Source: Thecamonas trahens ATCC 50062 (lineage: Eukaryota; Protista; Apusomonadida). Taken from it: a DNA stretch of 64,000 nucleotides. The stretch is from the NCBI RefSeq assembly GCF_000142905.1, contig NW_013657643.1:1-64000 (forward strand), read 5' to 3'. Below the pieces are notes generated by a model that worked only from the letters and a program-made list of their open reading frames with translations, was not told the DNA's origin and did not search any database. Shown here piece by piece: positions 59,979 through 64,000 of the stretch. Position 1 is the first letter of the stretch; each line of letters opens with the position of its first letter. The translations under genes were made by a program, and so were the position numbers.

Positions 59979-60099
59979 CCAGCCAAGCTGAGTGAACACA
60001 GAAACCAAGTGGCGCGGAGAAGCACATTGAGTCAATGACGCGCATCGCAGCGCCTTCAGCAGCAATCAGCCGACCACTCAACGCCGGTGACGACAGCCG

Positions 60100-61188
60100 A
60101 TGTTCCGAGTGAGCGGCAGCGGGCTGCGCATGGCACTTGGACTTGGCGGGCGGCGGACTGTTACGACTGTCAGTAAAGGCAGTAGAGGCAGTGGTGGAGG
60201 AGGCGGTGCTAGTGCTGGTAGTGGTGCGACTGCCCGTGCTGGTGGTGGTGGTGGTGGTGGTGGTGGTGGTGGTGGTGGTGGGTCGGCGGCAGGGAGTGGC
60301 CGTGCCAGCAAGTGGTTGATGGTCCTGCCGATCACCTTTGCCGGCCTGGGCACGTGGCAGGTCTATCGCCACCAGTGGAAGCAGGATCTGTTGGATGTAC
60401 GTGAGAGAGAGGAAGGAAGGAGGGGGGGGGGGGGGAGGGGGGGAGGGTCGTGTGGGTGGTGGGTGTGACTCATGTGTGTCCTGCTGGAATCGGCCGACTT
60501 GCTGCCACCGTCTCGGCTCTATGTGCTGTCTGATACCGGACCATGACGGGCGCAACACAATTGATGACTCTCCACTGGCCTCGATCGCACGCGCTCTCGC
60601 TCCCAGCGTGTGGCCCAGCGTATTGAGCACGAGCCAATGCCGCTGGCTACGCCGACGCGCGAAGAGGTCGAGAATGAGCTCGAGTACACCCGCGTGGTCA
60701 CCCACGGCAGCTTTGACCACTCGGCTGAGATTCTGATGGTGCCCAAGCTGTGGGATGGTGAGCCTGGGGCACACGTTCTCACCCCGCTAGTTCGCGACGA
60801 CGGCTCGCGGGTTCTTGTCAATCGTGGCTTTGTCCCGCGCGAGCTCATGCCGCAGGACTCTCGTCGCGACTCGCTCGTCGATGGCCGCGTTGCGGTCGCC
60901 GGCATCCTGCGCGCCACCGAGCGGCCCAACTCGTTTACCCCCGACAACAAGCCCGAGTCCGGGACTTGGTACTGGCGCGACATCGACGCGCTCGTTGAAA
61001 CCCTCGACGTTCTCCCGTTTGTTGTCGAGGCCGGCGCGCCTCTGCCCACCGACGAGCCGGCTGACGATTCGCCCATTCGCCCGGGCGTCACCGTCATCTC
61101 GGTGCCTAACAACCACTGGCACTACGCTGCCACCTGGTACGCCCTCGCGCTCGCCACCTCGGTCATGTACCTCCGCCGCCCGCTGTGA
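60100..61188 (+). CDS. SURF1: SURF1/Shy1 cytochrome c oxidase assembly protein; exons 60100-60396, 60607-61188
   Basis: FAGLGTWQVYR..WK, VLTPL, LVNRGFVP, FTPDN.P..WYWRD, NNHWHYAATWY. Confidence 0.93.
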
Positions 61189-61331
61189 GCGTTGGCTCTT
61201 GCTGCGCAGGAGGCCGCGTGTGTGTTACAACTCGCTATCAAAATCTCCCGTGCTGCCAGTTCCTGCGGTTGCCGGCAAACGAGCGCTTCCGGCGCACCAG
61301 AGGCGGGCAGCGCCTGCGAGCGTCCAGCACG

Positions 61332-64000
61332 CTACATCAGGTAGTTGAGCGGAACAACGCCGGTGAGCCCGCTGCTCACGTTGCGCGCCCTGCACCAACC
61401 GTCATCAAACTCTTCAAGCACCTCGACCTGGTCGCCCTCGGCGCACGCCAGCTCGTCGGTCTCGGTGCCAGCAAACGCGTACCGCATCGCACGCCGAGTC
61501 GCCACAATGCCAGGCGCAGGCGGCGGCGGAAGCGTCGGAGCCTTGGACTCCGGCTCGGGCACCGCGTCGGTCGGCGCGATGCCCCACGCCACGAGCTCGA
61601 GAGCAGCCGCGTCCGCGTCGCGCGCCGCGGCTGCCCGCGACCGCCGCCGCCGCGACCGCACAAGCACCGCCAGCGCGATGGCGCCCACCGCAATGAGCGC
61701 AAAGCCTGAACCGGCGACCGTGGCATACGTCGCAGTCGGCGACATGGCCGGCGTCGACTTGGACTGGACCGACGCACCCTGCTGGGCGCCGGCACCGCCA
61801 GCCGGGCCGGTCACCGTCAGTGGGTTCGACGTGTCGCAAGCCCCCTGCGCGTAGTCGACCGCGCCGATGTCGTGCGGCGAGCTCCGGGAGCGCCGGCAGA
61901 AGTCGTTAGTGACCTGCGAGAGCGAGACGCCAGCGTTGATAAAGTTAGACCGCTGCGAGGTGTCGCCCGAGAGGCGGAAGTCGCCGTTGTCCGCATCGAC
62001 AAAGGCGCTGCGGGCGGCGGCAACGGTGGTGAGCCAGTTGGAGCCACTGGTGGACGAGCCGCCGTTGCGGTCGGAGATGTCGCCACCGGCGATGATGTTG
62101 TTGCGGATGTCGGCGGTCGAGGTGTCGAACCGCACGTCGATACCGTCGGTGTTGAACAAAACATTGTTGTAGATCTTGGTGTCGCGCGCCTCGTTGAGGT
62201 AGATGCCGATGGCGGCGCAGTTGATGATCACGTTGTTGCGCATGGTGCCGCGGCGGTGCTCCGGGTTGCATGTCCCCTGCCCGCACACCGAGTCTGGCGA
62301 CGTGCCGCCGCCGCCAAACGAAATACCGATGCGCACGCCGCCCGAGTGGAGGACCGAACAGGCGATGAGGTTGCCCTCGTAGATGCCGTCGGCGCCGTTG
62401 GACTTCATGAACGACTGGTACGAGATAGTGTTGCCGCCGTCCTTCCACGCGTCGTGGAAGTAGTTGTTGCGGACAATCCACCGCTCGCCACCGTCGATGT
62501 TGGCCGGGGTGACCGGCGCCGAGGTCCGGCGCCCGCCGGTGTTGTAGAACTCGTTGTGCTCGAGGAGGCAGTCGTCGGGGAACTGGCCGCTCCCGATGTT
62601 TGACTTGATCTGGGCGTTAAAGTCGCGGATGACGCAACGGCGCATGACGAAAAAGTCAGCGTCGCCCTGAACGTGGAACGCGTGCTCGCAGTAGTCGTGG
62701 TCCGAGCACGTGCCGGTGATGTCGAGGTCCTCAAAGGTCCAGTACTTGGCGGTGACCACAAAGCCCTCGACGTAGTTGGACGAGTGCGAAAAGTAGAGCT
62801 TGTGGCCAGGGAGGCCGCGGACGGTGATCGGGTTCGACGACGTGCCCGAGCGCGAGCACGAGATACGGCGTAGCGAGTTGAAGGTAATCGAGCCCGAGAT
62901 GCCGATGACGTCGCCCGGCGAGGCGTTGGCGATAGCGTTGGTGAGCGCAGACGCAGAACTCACGGTGACGGTGACCGGGGGCGGGGCGGGGCCAGGACCA
63001 GGCGTCGGGGTCGGGCCCGGCGTCGGGGCCGGCGTCCCAGCGCCGACGGACCAGTTGATGACAAACCCGTTGCCGACCGTGTTCGAGTCGGAGGTGAACC
63101 GGATGTTGCCGTTGCCGGGAATCGAGGCGATGGTCGGGATCGAGGTGCCCGAGTACTGCTGGCCCGTCGAGAGAGTCAGGAAGTCGTAGTTGGCTTCGGT
63201 GTTGAACTCGGCCGCTGTCAGCGAGATGGATGACGTCGACGGGAACTGGAAGTTCCACGTGCAGTCAAGGTCGTTGCCGTAGTAGGTCGAGGTCGAGAAC
63301 GGCGTCGGAACCGTAATCGTGCCCGAGGTGCCGGACGAGATGGTGATCGTGCCGGAGCACTGCGCCGGCGGCGAGGGGGTCGGGGTCGGGGCCGGCGTCG
63401 GGGCTGGCGTCCCAGCGCCGACGGACCAGTTGATGACAAACCCGTTGTCACGGTCCAGTCGACAACAATCCCCGCTCGGCGGTGTTGCCATCGCTCACAA
63501 AGCGGAACGTGCCGTCACCGCCAATCGTCGGCAGTGCGGTCGGTGAGCCGGTGTACTGCCACGACGACGGCGCCGTGTCGGTGAGATACACCCAGTCGTA
63601 GTCGGGCTCAGTGTTGAAGTGAATGACGTTGAACGAGACCTGGGCCGAGAGCGGGTGGGTCCATGTCCAGCGGCAATCGAGGTTGTGGCCGTAGGTGCCA
63701 GCCGGGTCGTAAGGGTCGGGGATCGAGATCCGGCCCGAGGTGCCCGAGAGGAAGACCGTGCCAGAGCACGGGGTGCCTGGAGCCGGAGTCGGCGACGGAG
63801 TCGGTGCCGGAGTCGGCGACGGAGTCGGTGACGGGGTTGGTGACGGAGTCGGCGACGGGGTTGGTGACGGAGTCGGCGACGGGGTCGCACTGCTCACCGA
63901 CCAGTTGATGACAAATCCGTTGCCGACCGTGTTCGAGTCGGAGGTGAACCGGATGTTGCCGTTGCCGGGAATCGATGCCATCGTCGGGATCGACGTGCCT
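61332..64000 (-). CDS. Membrane protein (5' end outside window): CUB repeats with PT linkers, right-handed beta-helix, TM, cytosolic SH3; frame disrupted at ~63445-63468
   Basis: YGNDLDCTW, FNTEANYDFL, RFTSD..GFVINW (CUB); IRNNII/IYNN beta-helix repeats; TM VAGSGFALIAVGAIALAVLV; YAF..DEL..EGDQVEVL..DDGWC..GVVPLNYL (SH3). Confidence 0.85.

Noticed and set aside
32219-61188. Mitochondrial/heme gene cluster (hemE-hemC, COX14-like, ACAA2, mitoferrin, HADH, SURF1)
   Set aside because: Spread over 29 kb and interleaved with unrelated genes; compatible with chance
1-64000. tRNA, rRNA, snRNA or transposable elements
   Set aside because: None recognised by eye; small RNAs cannot be excluded without covariance-model searches

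Overview
GC-rich, gene-dense eukaryotic chromosome end with short spliceosomal introns and two N-gaps. Composition and the large FG-GAP/beta-helix/multi-TM receptor suggest a free-living protist; an apusomonad such as Thecamonas is my inference, not verified. The window opens with (ACCT)32 lying distal to a short (CCCTAA)n tract, then a T-rich subtelomere and about 30 protein genes. These include PARG, PGM2, PRCP, ZPR1, VPS33, RRP36, ACAA2, mitoferrin, HADH, SURF1 and a Rim15/MAST-type kinase. Highlights not visible in the ORF track: (1) a selenoprotein U/PRXL2 gene with an in-frame UGA (RRFG-U-QIC) and a candidate SECIS; (2) a UROD-PBGD (hemE-hemC) fusion; (3) a GalU-type nucleotidyltransferase fused to an L-arabinokinase-like GHMP kinase, clustered with PGM2 and an NDP-sugar epimerase; (4) about 10 frameshifts, each repaired by adding one base, mostly at T-runs (assembly error versus U-insertion editing or -1 recoding); (5) a possible TTAGGG to TAGG telomere repeat switch; (6) an HR1-like helical hairpin inside a LIM finger; (7) a strong GTACG 5' splice-site consensus. 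All family calls come from recognising motifs by eye; no database searches were run.
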